IMG/VR virus record: IMGVR_UViG_3300044667_000233
Span: 1 to 43,028 of that record
DNA: 43,028 nt
Reading direction: 5' to 3' (one strand)
Source: a virus
Taxonomy: Duplodnaviria; Caudoviricetes
Made by a program: the position numbers and the translations under genes. Of the stretch, positions 34,961 to 42,923 are shown one piece after another (the first letter of the stretch is position 1; every line of letters begins with the position of its first letter). A model generated the notes under the pieces. That model was not told the origin of the DNA and did not search any database. It saw only the letters and a list, made by a program, of their open reading frames with translations.

Positions 34961-35347
34961 GTGAGTATGAACCTGCTCACGCACCTGAACGACATCTACC
35001 TCCTCTGTGGCATCATCGGCGGCGGGGGCGCCCTCGGCCTCGTCGGCGTCCTGGCGCACGAAGCCGCCAAGCTGGCACGCCGCGACCTCACCGCGGCGGA
35101 AGCGCAGATCGCGGACCTGGCCGAGGCGGGCCGCATCCGCGCCGACCTCATGCAGGTGCAGAAAACCAAGCTGGCGGAGCAGAGCCTGCGGATCTCGGTC
35201 CAGTCCAGCCGGATCGCGGCGCTGGAGAGCGAGGTGGCGGAGCTGCGTGGCCAGATCAAGGAACTCCTGGCCCGGCTGGGTGAGCAGGTGCTGAGCGCAA
35301 CGCCGCAGCGGCAGTCGCCACGCCACGCCCGGTATACGAAAGGATAA
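34961..35347 (+). CDS. N-terminal TM plus coiled-coil protein (lysis-associated)
   Basis: IYLLCGIIGGGGALGLVGVL, then heptads RIAALESEVAELRGQIKEL. Confidence 0.65.
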   Translation: MSMNLLTHLNDIYLLCGIIGGGGALGLVGVLAHEAAKLARRDLTAAEAQIADLAEAGRIRADLMQVQKTKLAEQSLRISVQSSRIAALESEVAELRGQIKELLARLGEQVLSATPQRQSPRHARYTKG

Positions 35348-35353
35348 CCCCGG

Positions 35354-35617
35354 ATGGACCCCCTCCCACCCGTCCCGATCACCGTTGCAAGCGGCGTGGC
35401 GAACGCCGTCGAGCATGACCTTGGCCCCGCCGCACGTGAGCGGTTCCTGGCCGGCGCCGCCGTCTTTACCGGCATGATCGTCCTCATCACCTACGTGGCG
35501 GCCCTGTCCGGCAACCACCTGGCGCAAGCGTACCTGGACGCCGCTGGCGCGCCGCTCCTCGCATTCGTGGCGGGGTGGCTGGGTGTAAATTCCCCCTTCC
35601 GGCAGTCCCGTGGCTGA
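35354..35617 (+). CDS. two-TM holin-like protein
   Basis: FLAGAAVFTGMIVLITYVAAL and PLLAFVAGWLGV; lysis region. Confidence 0.55.
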   Translation: MDPLPPVPITVASGVANAVEHDLGPAARERFLAGAAVFTGMIVLITYVAALSGNHLAQAYLDAAGAPLLAFVAGWLGVNSPFRQSRG

Positions 35618-35813
35618 GCGTCTTCACCGCGTCCCGGAGCCGATTCCCGCGCCGCGCTGTGTGGGCTGCGGCAAGATGGGCGTCTCCTACCGCCTCACGG
35701 TCAGCGCGATTTTGCGCCCAGGACGCGAAACCAGCGCCCATTATTGTCTGGCCTGCTGGTTGGCCTTAAAATCGCTCCTGAGCCCGCCTGACGCGCAAAA
35801 AGAGGCATCGTGA
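35610..35813 (+). CDS. small Zn-finger protein
   Basis: CVGC...CLAC. Confidence 0.5.
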   Translation: MAERLHRVPEPIPAPRCVGCGKMGVSYRLTVSAILRPGRETSAHYCLACWLALKSLLSPPDAQKEAS

Positions 35814-35824
35814 TTGGAGGCGCC

Positions 35825-35989
35825 ATGGCCGTCCAGACCGTCGTTCGAACCGACCTGACCATTGGCCGGCTGATTCTTGCCATTGCTTTCGTCTTAGAAT
35901 TGGCAGTGGCCTTTGGCTGGGTCACGAGCACCAGCGTGCATATCGACTGGCTGGGCGTGGCGCTGATCGCCCTCGGACTCGCCCTCTAG
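35825..35989 (+). CDS. 54-aa two-TM membrane protein (holin-like)
   Basis: GGAGG RBS; MAVQTVVRTDLTIGRLILAIAFVLELAVAFGWVTSTSVHIDWLGVALIALGLAL; not in ORF track. Confidence 0.6.
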   Translation: MAVQTVVRTDLTIGRLILAIAFVLELAVAFGWVTSTSVHIDWLGVALIALGLAL

Positions 35990-36003
35990 GAAAGGAGCAG
36001 TAC

Positions 36004-36372
36004 ATGAGCACCGCGACCGTGCCCGAGCCATCCGCCACCGCCCTGGCATTCACCCTGCGCTACGACACCGCCCAGACCGCCATCGAGTTGGCGCTGCTGG
36101 TCAAGACCGCGCCCACCTCCGTCTCCGAAATCTACGTCAGCGTCCATCTCCCCGCGTCCGCCAACGCCGCCAAGAGCAGCGTCGAGACGGCCTGTCCCTC
36201 CAAGGTGCGCGGTGAGGTGGTCTATGACCAGGAAGCAGGCGGCCTGCTCACCATCCTCGCTACCGCCGGCGCCACGAGCGTGCCCTGGAGCGGGGTGCTG
36301 CAGACCGCGCAGGGGCCGTATCCGCTTGCCGGGACCACCGGCGTGCCCACGACCCTGAGCTTCGCGCCGTGA
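36004..36372 (+). CDS. hypothetical protein
   Basis: AAGGAG RBS; GTGA overlap with endolysin. Confidence 0.65.
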   Translation: MSTATVPEPSATALAFTLRYDTAQTAIELALLVKTAPTSVSEIYVSVHLPASANAAKSSVETACPSKVRGEVVYDQEAGGLLTILATAGATSVPWSGVLQTAQGPYPLAGTTGVPTTLSFAP

Positions 36373-37169
36373 CCACGCCGCCCGTGCTCAGACTGGTCGA
36401 TATCTCCAACAACAACGCCGGCCCGATTGACTGGCACGCGGTGGCGGCCTCGGGCGTGGCCGGGGTCATTTTGAAGCGCAGCGAAGGGCTCCATTTCGTC
36501 GATGCGACCTTCCCCGGCTACTGGGAAGCGGCACGGGCGGCGGGCCTGCTGTGTGGCTGCTATCACTTCGCCCATCCTGATACCAACCCGCCCGAGCTGG
36601 AGGCGCATGCCTTTCTGAGCCTGTTGCCGGAGCTTGCGCCGGGCGATCTGGTGGCCCTTGACCTGGAGGTCGGCAGCGGCAATCAGGCGGCCTGGGCACT
36701 CGCGTGGCTCGGCGTCGTGGAGGCTGCGGTCGGTTTTCCCCCGCTTCTCTACTCGTATCAGTCCTACATCCAGCAGGCGCTGGGCGATGCGCGGCTGGCA
36801 CGCTATCCCCTCTGGCTGGCCAACTACGGGCCCGCCTGCCCGCCCTCGCTCGGCATCTGGCAGGAAATCGCGCTCTGGCAGCATACCGAGCGGGCCACCG
36901 TGCCCGGCATCCCCGGCCTGGTCGATGAGAGCCTGATTGCCCGCGACCTGGCGGGGCTCAGGGCCCTTGGCAAGCCGCCGGTGCCGCGGACCATCGCCGT
37001 GGCCTGCGCGCTCAAGCCGGATGCGTCACACCGCTCGGCGGCGCTGGCCATGCTCAGTGCCGGCACGCACGTCCAGGTCACCGGCGCCCCGCTGCGCACG
37101 GATGATACGTGGCTGCCGGTGCGCGTCGGGAGCCGGAGCGGCTACGTGCCCTCCTCGAAATTGGCCTAG
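36369..37169 (+). CDS. endolysin: GH25 muramidase plus SH3-like domain
   Basis: VDISNNN..IDW, KRSEG, GCYHFA, ALDLE, LWLANY, LWQHT; C-terminal WLPVRVGSRSGYVPS. Confidence 0.92.
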   Translation: MTTPPVLRLVDISNNNAGPIDWHAVAASGVAGVILKRSEGLHFVDATFPGYWEAARAAGLLCGCYHFAHPDTNPPELEAHAFLSLLPELAPGDLVALDLEVGSGNQAAWALAWLGVVEAAVGFPPLLYSYQSYIQQALGDARLARYPLWLANYGPACPPSLGIWQEIALWQHTERATVPGIPGLVDESLIARDLAGLRALGKPPVPRTIAVACALKPDASHRSAALAMLSAGTHVQVTGAPLRTDDTWLPVRVGSRSGYVPSSKLA

Positions 37170-37219
37170 ACCCTTCCCACCCCTGCCCGCCCAAACCACA
37201 CCGCCGCGTCTATACTGCC

Positions 37220-37286
37220 AGGTGCAGGGCGCGGCAAACCACACAAGCAGCGTCGAAGGTGCAGCACTTCTCAGCGCCCTGCACCT
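37220..37286 (+). ncRNA. candidate small RNA closed by a 13-bp stem
   Basis: AGGTGCAGGGCGC/GCGCCCTGCACCT; TATACT at 37211-37216. Confidence 0.4.
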
Positions 37287-37465
37287 CCCTCTGGACAGTC
37301 ATAATTTGCGGCATATTTTACACGCCGTCCGCAAACCTCCACGTCCAATCACACAATCCATGTTGTGGACTACGATGGCCTGTTCTATGCTGGCCATAGC
37401 GGCGTTCCCTGGCTGCCCGCCGAACGCTGCGAAGCGTGGAACGCGTCGAGTGGAAGAGACGGCCT

Positions 37466-37810
37466 ATGGCACAACAGACTGCATCGGTAGGGCCAGACCA
37501 GGAGGAAGACATCGACCCCCAGACGGGCTTGTCGCGTACGCCGCGGCCTGGTCAGCAGCAGCAGGTCAGCACGGGTCCGGCGCCGTTCAATGACCAGCCG
37601 CAGGCGGGTGCGACCGTACCTGAGCCGGAGCCGGGTACCCGTTCGATTGACCGCGGAGCGGCAATCGGCGGGTACCCAGGACGGCGAGCAGGCCGACCAG
37701 ACCCAGAGCCAGTCCTAGCGGCCCCACCATCCCATCGTCACCCCGCTGCCGGAGGAACTTCCTCCGGCAGCGGGGTCTCTGTCTGGCTCAAGCGCTCCAC
37801 GTCCTGCTGA
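37466..37810 (+). CDS. possible disordered Pro/Gln-rich protein
   Basis: MAQQTASVGPDQEEDID...; 3' end overlaps convergent gene. Confidence 0.3.
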   Translation: MAQQTASVGPDQEEDIDPQTGLSRTPRPGQQQQVSTGPAPFNDQPQAGATVPEPEPGTRSIDRGAAIGGYPGRRAGRPDPEPVLAAPPSHRHPAAGGTSSGSGVSVWLKRSTSC

Positions 37811-38061
37811 TTCAGCAACGCCGTGGCCAGGGCGAGCGCGGCCAGCGCGGCCTCCCGCCGGGCGATCTGCGCCGCGGCCAGGGCTTTGCCATAGGTCGTC
37901 ATCGCCTCCTCGGCGGCCAGCTCGGCCAGGCGGCGGTCTGTGGCACCCACCGCGTCGAGCGCGGCATCCAGGGCGGCCTCGGCGGCGACCGCGGCGGCCG
38001 CAGCGGCGCGGTAGCGGGCCAGGAGGCGGGTCAGGTCCTCGGGCAGGGGGAGCGGGCTCAT
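37738..38061 (-). CDS. Ala-rich coiled-coil protein, probably leaderless
   Basis: High GC3; CATACT 6 nt before ATG. Confidence 0.6.
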   Translation of the reverse strand: MSPLPLPEDLTRLLARYRAAAAAAVAAEAALDAALDAVGATDRRLAELAAEEAMTTYGKALAAAQIARREAALAALALATALLNQQDVERLSQTETPLPEEVPPAAG

Positions 38062-38095
38062 GCACCCAGTATGACGCTCATGCACCCAGTATGAC
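38056..38095. repeat. perfect 20-bp tandem duplication
   Basis: GCTCATGCACCCAGTATGAC x2. Confidence 0.95.
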
Positions 38096-38153
38096 AGGTT
38101 TGCGACCACCCTACGATGGCGGTGTGCATGCGAGATCACGCGGGCTGTGTCCG

Positions 38154-38438
38154 TGACACAAATGGTGACACAAACGCCCGCATTTGTCGGTGCCCGCACA
38201 CCCTGTCCAGGTTCGCCCCGATCGGGCACATCTCACACGGCCTGACCGTCAGTTTCCTCTGGCGGGTCTCCTTCCCGAATGGACATGCCTCGGTGCCGTT
38301 TCGCCTGACTGATCGGGGCCGGCAGGCCATCTCGGGAGATTCCGGATCTGAGGGTTGGGGGTTCGAGTCCCTCCGGGCGTACCACTGTTCCGGGCGGATT
38401 TGACACAGGATTTGACACAAACGCCCCGTTTTGTGTCA
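38154..38438. promoter_or_regulatory. integrase arm-type sites flanking attP core
   Basis: TGACACA at 38154, 38166, 38401, 38413 and inverted at 38432; TGACACAAACGCCC on both arms. Confidence 0.75.
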
Positions 38439-39573
38439 CGGGGATGAGGCCGGCCACCGCGCCGACCACGCTCTCCCGCTGGTCGGCGTGCACGTCGGCG
38501 TAGAACGCCAGCGTCGTGCGCGGGTCCGCGTGGCCGAGCACCTCCGCCACCGCCCCGAGCGTCTGGCCGCTGCGCAGGGCGAGCGAGGCGAAGGTGTGCC
38601 GGACGTAGTGCACGCTCAAATACGGGACGCCGGCCAGCTCGACCAGCTCCCGAAAGCGATGGCTGATAGTGTCCGGATGCCAGGGCGCGCCGAAGGGGTT
38701 GGCACAGACCAGGCCCGCATCATGGTACAGATTCGCCGCTTCTTCCTTTGCCAGGTGCTGCGCAGCGCGGTGTGCGAGGAGGATACGGGCCAGCTCGGGG
38801 GCCAGGGCGATGCGCCGGCTCCGATCGCTCTTGGGCCGCTTGTCATAGGGGGCTGAGCCATCGAGGGCGCGCGCCCGGCGCACGGTGAGGACGCCGGCGG
38901 CAAAGTCGACGTCGCGCCAGGTCAGCGCCACCAGCTCGCCGCGGCGCATGCCCGTGTAGGTGGCCAGGCTCCAGATCGGCTCGTAGGCGTCCTGCTGGGC
39001 AACGGCGAGGAACGTGGCCGCCTGCTCGCCCGTCCAGGTTTGGTGCTGCACCCGCCGCTCTTTCTTTGGCAGCTCCACATCGGCCGCGGGGTTCGTGGGA
39101 ATCAGGCGATCCCGCCGTGCCCGGTCCAGAATCTGGAACAGCAGCCGGTAGGGCTCCTCCACGCTGCGCCGGGAGAGCGTGCCGCCGCGCTGGCTGGGCT
39201 GCTTCGCGAGCTGCGCCACGAAGCGCTGGCATTCGTCGGGCGTGATCGCCACGAGGCGACGATCCTTGAATACCGGCTCCAAGCGCTTCTCATACACCCA
39301 GGTGTATTCCTCGACCGTGGACCGCTCCCGGCCCATCGGCGCCCGCTCGGACAGCCAGGCACGGGCGTACTCGCCGAAGGTGAGCGCAGTCTTTGGCCGT
39401 GACTCGCCGCGGGCGATACGGGCCGTCTCTTCCCGCTCGAAGCTCCTGGCGTCGGTGCGGCTGCCAAAGCGGCGCTTGATCTGGCGAGCGCGCTTGCCGT
39501 CAGCACCTGGGATATCAAGGCGTACTTCGTAGACTGAGGATCCGTCCGGCTTGCTGATCGTGTGGATGCTCAC
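38233..39573 (-). CDS. int: tyrosine integrase (arm-binding, core and catalytic domains); ORF reads through attP
   Basis: TGMRRGELVALTW, PKS, HYVRHTFAS, LGHADPRTTLAFYADV; GAGG RBS before GTG at 39573. Confidence 0.95.
   Translation of the reverse strand: MSIHTISKPDGSSVYEVRLDIPGADGKRARQIKRRFGSRTDARSFEREETARIARGESRPKTALTFGEYARAWLSERAPMGRERSTVEEYTWVYEKRLEPVFKDRRLVAITPDECQRFVAQLAKQPSQRGGTLSRRSVEEPYRLLFQILDRARRDRLIPTNPAADVELPKKERRVQHQTWTGEQAATFLAVAQQDAYEPIWSLATYTGMRRGELVALTWRDVDFAAGVLTVRRARALDGSAPYDKRPKSDRSRRIALAPELARILLAHRAAQHLAKEEAANLYHDAGLVCANPFGAPWHPDTISHRFRELVELAGVPYLSVHYVRHTFASLALRSGQTLGAVAEVLGHADPRTTLAFYADVHADQRESVVGAVAGLIPVTQNGAFVSNPVSNPPGTVVRPEGLEPPTLRSGISRDGLPAPISQAKRHRGMSIREGDPPEETDGQAV
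38337..38384 (+). mobile_element. attP core: 3' half of tRNA-Arg(CCG)
   Basis: AGA-TTCCGGA-TCTGA anticodon arm remnant, T-arm GGGGGTTCGAGTCCCT, acceptor strand ending ACCA; no 5' half upstream. Confidence 0.9.
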
Positions 39574-39763
39574 TCGCCTCTCCCGCACTGCTCGCGTACT
39601 GCTCCAGGACCTGGACGTTGTAAAAGTAGCGATTCCCAATGAGCTTTGCCGCAATCTTCCCCTGCCGCCGTTCCATGCGCAGCCGGTAGCGCGAGAGCCC
39701 CAAGATTGCGGCAGCCTCGCTCTCTTCCACCAGCAATGGACGCGCCCGTGCCCGTTCGTTCAT
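39515..39763 (-). CDS. xis: excisionase-like HTH protein
   Basis: PLLVEESEAAAILGLSRYRL...GKIAAKLIGNRYFY; directly upstream of int. Confidence 0.7.
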   Translation of the reverse strand: MNERARARPLLVEESEAAAILGLSRYRLRMERRQGKIAAKLIGNRYFYNVQVLEQYASSAGEASEHPHDQQAGRILSLRSTP

Positions 39764-40402
39764 CTATGCCTCCGCTTTCCGGGCGGCCTCAACCGCCAAC
39801 CGTACCTCTGCCATGATCGCCGCGTCGTTCTGCTCCGTGTTGATACGATAGACCGTCCAGCCCCAATGGGTGAGCATGGTGTCGCGCACGGCGTCCTTCA
39901 CAATCGCCTGCATATGCCCATGCACCCACCCATCCCCCTCCAGGGCGACTCTGGCACGAACGAAGGCGCAGTCCAGCATATAGGGTCCCAGCGTGAACTG
40001 CTGCTCGACCTCTGCTGGCGCAACCCCGAGCTGGTGGAGCGCAGCCACGATCCGATTCTCGCCGCTGTTGCCCACCCGCCATCCCAACTCGGCCAGCAGC
40101 TTCGCCGTTGCGTCACGATCCACCTTCCCCGGCACGATGCGCTGCCTGGGCGCGAGGGCTCGCTTCAGCGCCGCCTGCGTCTGCGCCATGACCAGCTCGG
40201 AAAGGTCTGGTCCCACCTGGCCGGCCTGCAGCGCCAGGAGCCGGGTTGCCAAACGCTGCTCGGCCTCGGCTCGGGTGGCAAATCCTCCCCCGCTGCGCTG
40301 GATACGCCGGCCAGACGCGTCGGTGCCCGCATCGTAGCGGATGTACCACCGGCCATTTTGGTGCTGAAACACCGATCCGCGTGTCCTGCCCCGCCCGGCC
40401 AT
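39764..40402 (-). CDS. integrase arm-DNA-binding (AP2-like) domain fused to DUF559/Vsr-like endonuclease
   Basis: GSVFQHQNGRWYIRYDAG.DASGRRIQRSGGGFATRAEAE; SGENRI...QQFTLGPYMLDCAF...VALEGDGWVH...DAVRDTMLTHWGWTVYRI. Confidence 0.8.
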   Translation of the reverse strand: MAGRGRTRGSVFQHQNGRWYIRYDAGTDASGRRIQRSGGGFATRAEAEQRLATRLLALQAGQVGPDLSELVMAQTQAALKRALAPRQRIVPGKVDRDATAKLLAELGWRVGNSGENRIVAALHQLGVAPAEVEQQFTLGPYMLDCAFVRARVALEGDGWVHGHMQAIVKDAVRDTMLTHWGWTVYRINTEQNDAAIMAEVRLAVEAARKAEA

Positions 40403-40414
40403 CTGTCTCTCCCC

Positions 40415-40651
40415 CTAATCCCACTCACGCGGCACGGCATCCCGCGCCGCCAGCCGCCCCAGCAAAATCTCCCGCTCTTCTAACAGCACCCGAATCACCG
40501 TGCTGCCCGGATCGCCCGCCCGCGCCGCCACTTTGTAGATGGCCTCGATGGTGCGCTGGCTGATGGTGCCCGGACAGGGTGTGACGCCGGCCTGGCGCAA
40601 GCGTCCCTGCGCCGCGGCGCACTCCTCGGGCAAATAGAGCGGCTCAGCCAT
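40415..40651 (-). CDS. hypothetical protein
   Basis: GGAGGAGG RBS before MAEPLYL. Confidence 0.6.
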   Translation of the reverse strand: MAEPLYLPEECAAAQGRLRQAGVTPCPGTISQRTIEAIYKVAARAGDPGSTVIRVLLEEREILLGRLAARDAVPREWD

Positions 40652-41057
40652 CTGCTGCCTCCTCCCGTGCGTACGGCACGATCCAGGCGAGGGAGACGCC
40701 GGCCGGGTGCCAGTAGGGGTACCCCAGTCGCCGGAAGGCTTTCCGGCGCTGGGGACCCCAGTACGCCAGCGCGCCACGTGCGGGCTGAAAGAGCGCTCCA
40801 CCCGCCTCCGCGTCGATGCGCGCGCCGACCGCGGCCAGGTCCACGCCGGCCCTCGCCAGGTCCGTATACGCCACGTAGAGCTGCAGGCAGGCGCCGTAGC
40901 TCACCAGCCGCACGCAGCGGCAGCCCGGGGCCTCGGCGAGCTGCACCGCGTGGCGACGCAGGCAGGACCAGAGCGCATCAGGCAGCGGCAGCGCGTCGTC
41001 GCGCACCGGCTCACCGGGCGGCGAGACGATATCGTGCACCAGCAAACGTACAGTCAC
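40644..41057 (-). CDS. hypothetical protein
   Basis: High-GC3 ORF; start GTG 41057 approximate. Confidence 0.55.
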   Translation of the reverse strand: MTVRLLVHDIVSPPGEPVRDDALPLPDALWSCLRRHAVQLAEAPGCRCVRLVSYGACLQLYVAYTDLARAGVDLAAVGARIDAEAGGALFQPARGALAYWGPQRRKAFRRLGYPYWHPAGVSLAWIVPYAREEAADG

Positions 41058-41098
41058 TCCATGTCCTTCATCGTCAGCCGAAGTCTTCTTAGCCTGAC

Positions 41099-41182
41099 CT
41101 ACCGATAATGCACGCTGGCAATAAGTACAATGACAATCAGTACCAGCACCATCGCCATGACGTATTCTAGACCCTTGCTCAT
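41099..41182 (-). CDS. 27-aa single-TM peptide, Flp-pilin-like (MSKGLEYVMAMVLVLIVIVLIASVHYR)
   Basis: GAGGA RBS; EY plus hydrophobic helix; not in ORF track. Confidence 0.5.
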   Translation of the reverse strand: MSKGLEYVMAMVLVLIVIVLIASVHYR

Positions 41183-41212
41183 TGCATCCTCTTCTACTCC
41201 GCATAATTCGCG

Positions 41213-41308
41213 CTAGGCCGAGACGCACGCCGCGCACAGCCACCAGCGCCACACATAGACGCACCAGGCCAGGCGCCGGCAGGCCCGGCAGATGGTGTAC
41301 TGCTGCAT
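41213..41308 (-). CDS. 31-aa Zn-finger peptide
   Basis: AAGGAG RBS; CRAC...CAAC. Confidence 0.45.
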   Translation of the reverse strand: MQQYTICRACRRLAWCVYVWRWWLCAACVSA

Positions 41309-41360
41309 GACGTTCTCCTTCTTGGTCATGCTAAATCCTTTTATGCGAACTAGTTGATCA

Positions 41361-41552
41361 TCAATCGCATCCGTCGTCCATCTCGTGGACGCTGCCGCAC
41401 AGGAAGCAGACCGCTCCCTCTTCGGACTCCTCATCGCTGGCCATGCATTGATCGCACAGGATGAGCATCCCGTTATCGGTCTCAATGAGCAGCAAGTTTT
41501 CGTCTTGCGAGTCGCCACAGACTAGGCAACGGAAGTCAGTCCGTAGAGCCAC
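41361..41552 (-). CDS. acidic Zn-ribbon protein
   Basis: GGAGGA RBS; CLVC, CDQC, CFLC. Confidence 0.55.
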   Translation of the reverse strand: MALRTDFRCLVCGDSQDENLLLIETDNGMLILCDQCMASDEESEEGAVCFLCGSVHEMDDGCD

Positions 41553-41594
41553 ATTTCCTCCAATCACGAGATGTCAGCATAGAACCAATGATGC

Positions 41595-41783
41595 TTACTG
41601 TTCGTCGCCTAGTGCCTCATCGTAGAGTGCCTGTGCCTCACCCAGGATCTCTATCACCATCTGGCGGCACCGCTCGATTGAGGCGGCGGCGCCCGGAGGA
41701 AGCCCAGCAGGAGAGTTGTGCAACTCGACGCTTAACGCCGCGCCGGCGCTGAGTAAGCGGTCATAGTATTCCAGTTCGCTCAT
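41595..41783 (-). CDS. hypothetical protein
   Basis: 62-aa ORF in leftward operon. Confidence 0.5.
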   Translation of the reverse strand: MSELEYYDRLLSAGAALSVELHNSPAGLPPGAAASIERCRQMVIEILGEAQALYDEALGDEQ

Positions 41784-41800
41784 GTCTGCATACCCCGTGA

Positions 41801-42016
41801 TTACGCTGACCAGAGGTCCCGAATTTCAAGCCACTGCCCGGAGTAGGCAACGAGTCCTTCCAGAACAGTCGCAACGCGCCGCACCCGGATGATGCGTGTC
41901 TGAAGCTCAGTACCGTCTGCTTCCCGTACGATTGCTACCAAACCCCTCTGACGTGCGGTGAGGTTCAGCGTGCGTGTAGACCAGCCCCGCATATCATTCC
42001 TCCCTGTGACTAGCAT
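41801..42016 (-). CDS. hypothetical protein
   Basis: AAGGAG RBS before MLVTGR. Confidence 0.55.
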   Translation of the reverse strand: MLVTGRNDMRGWSTRTLNLTARQRGLVAIVREADGTELQTRIIRVRRVATVLEGLVAYSGQWLEIRDLWSA

Positions 42017-42059
42017 GGTTGTTTCTCCTTGTCCGCATAATCCTGAGCGTGCTGACACA

Positions 42060-42563
42060 CTACAGGCCCTCGTAGTCCCAGTTTTTTCGGTTCACAATCA
42101 TTGAAATGGTGACCGGATTCACGCCGCAGATCACCGCGAGATCCTTCTGCGTGACCGCGCCCGTGGCATAGATACGCCTGAGCACGCGGATTTGCTCGTT
42201 GGTGAACAGGGCCGGTGCAGCCAGCTCGGCTTGTGAGCGATCCTGCCGACCCTTGCGATTCCGGTCTTCCATGTTCTCGGCGTGAGTGCCGGTCCAGAAG
42301 TGTTGTGGGTTACAGCAAGCCCGGTACGTGATGTCACCACGCGGGTAGCGTTCGTCACAGCGATGGCATACATCCAACTCACCGGGGTCGCCAAAGGTCA
42401 CGATGTAAGCGTATCGATGCGTCCGGTAGACCTTACGCTTGCCGTTCAGGGAGCGGATGACCTCGCCATAGCCATCTTTCCGCTTCCAACCCTGCCACAG
42501 CCAGCAGTCATCCGGGCCACCCTTGGCCACCATTGCCCAGAAGCCTGGGTCTTCCAGTACCAT
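42060..42563 (-). CDS. HNH endonuclease (Zn-loop type) with C-terminal HTH
   Basis: FWAMV...CWLWQG..KDGYG, THRYAY, VCHRCD...CCNPQHFWTGTHAENMEDRNRKGR. Confidence 0.88.
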   Translation of the reverse strand: MVLEDPGFWAMVAKGGPDDCWLWQGWKRKDGYGEVIRSLNGKRKVYRTHRYAYIVTFGDPGELDVCHRCDERYPRGDITYRACCNPQHFWTGTHAENMEDRNRKGRQDRSQAELAAPALFTNEQIRVLRRIYATGAVTQKDLAVICGVNPVTISMIVNRKNWDYEGL

Positions 42564-42581
42564 ATTCTGCTCCAGTCCTGA

Positions 42582-42794
42582 TTATGCGATGGGGTTCAGC
42601 CAGTAGTGGTAGACCCACTTGGCGAGGTCGTCGTAGTTGTCGAAGTGTACGCCGAGGTTGTGCTTGTCGCGCGCCATGATGGCCCACGGGTTATCCGCGT
42701 GTATCCGTCCTGGCTGATGGTTCTGGTACTCGGCACACCGTACGTGTACGCTCTGGAGCAGTTCGAGCGCCTTGAGGCATTCTGTGCGGTTCAT
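42582..42794 (-). CDS. hypothetical phage protein (MNRTECL...)
   Basis: GAGGA RBS before ATG 42794; the longer ORF-track version is a chance in-frame join to the CaiB fragment. Confidence 0.55.
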   Translation of the reverse strand: MNRTECLKALELLQSVHVRCAEYQNHQPGRIHADNPWAIMARDKHNLGVHFDNYDDLAKWVYHYWLNPIA

Positions 42795-42849
42795 GTTGGT
42801 CCTCAGAGAAGGGATTTGGCGGTGCAGAGGCGGCGGGCGACGGCGGTGT

Positions 42850-42923
42850 AGGTGCGTGCTGCCGAACGGGCCCGCGCCGTACTGCTCGACGGCGATGATG
42901 CGGACGTCTTCCAGCGGTTTCAT
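42850..42923 (-). pseudogene. 5' fragment (~25 codons) of a bacterial CaiB/BaiF CoA-transferase gene
   Basis: MKPLEDVRIIAVEQYGAGPFGSTHL matches the family N-terminus but breaks before the expected ADLGAEVIKIE. Confidence 0.75.

Noticed and set aside
37228-37290. c-di-GMP-I riboswitch (GGCAAACCA)
   Set aside because: Lacks the GNRA-capped stem and the downstream GACGCAAAGC-like segment.
38300-38384. Complete tRNA-Arg gene
   Set aside because: No D-arm or 5' acceptor strand upstream; only the 3' half (attP core) is present.
42582-42923. Real CaiB-phage fusion protein of 113 aa
   Set aside because: In-frame by chance; the linker crosses another gene end and an RBS serving ATG 42794.
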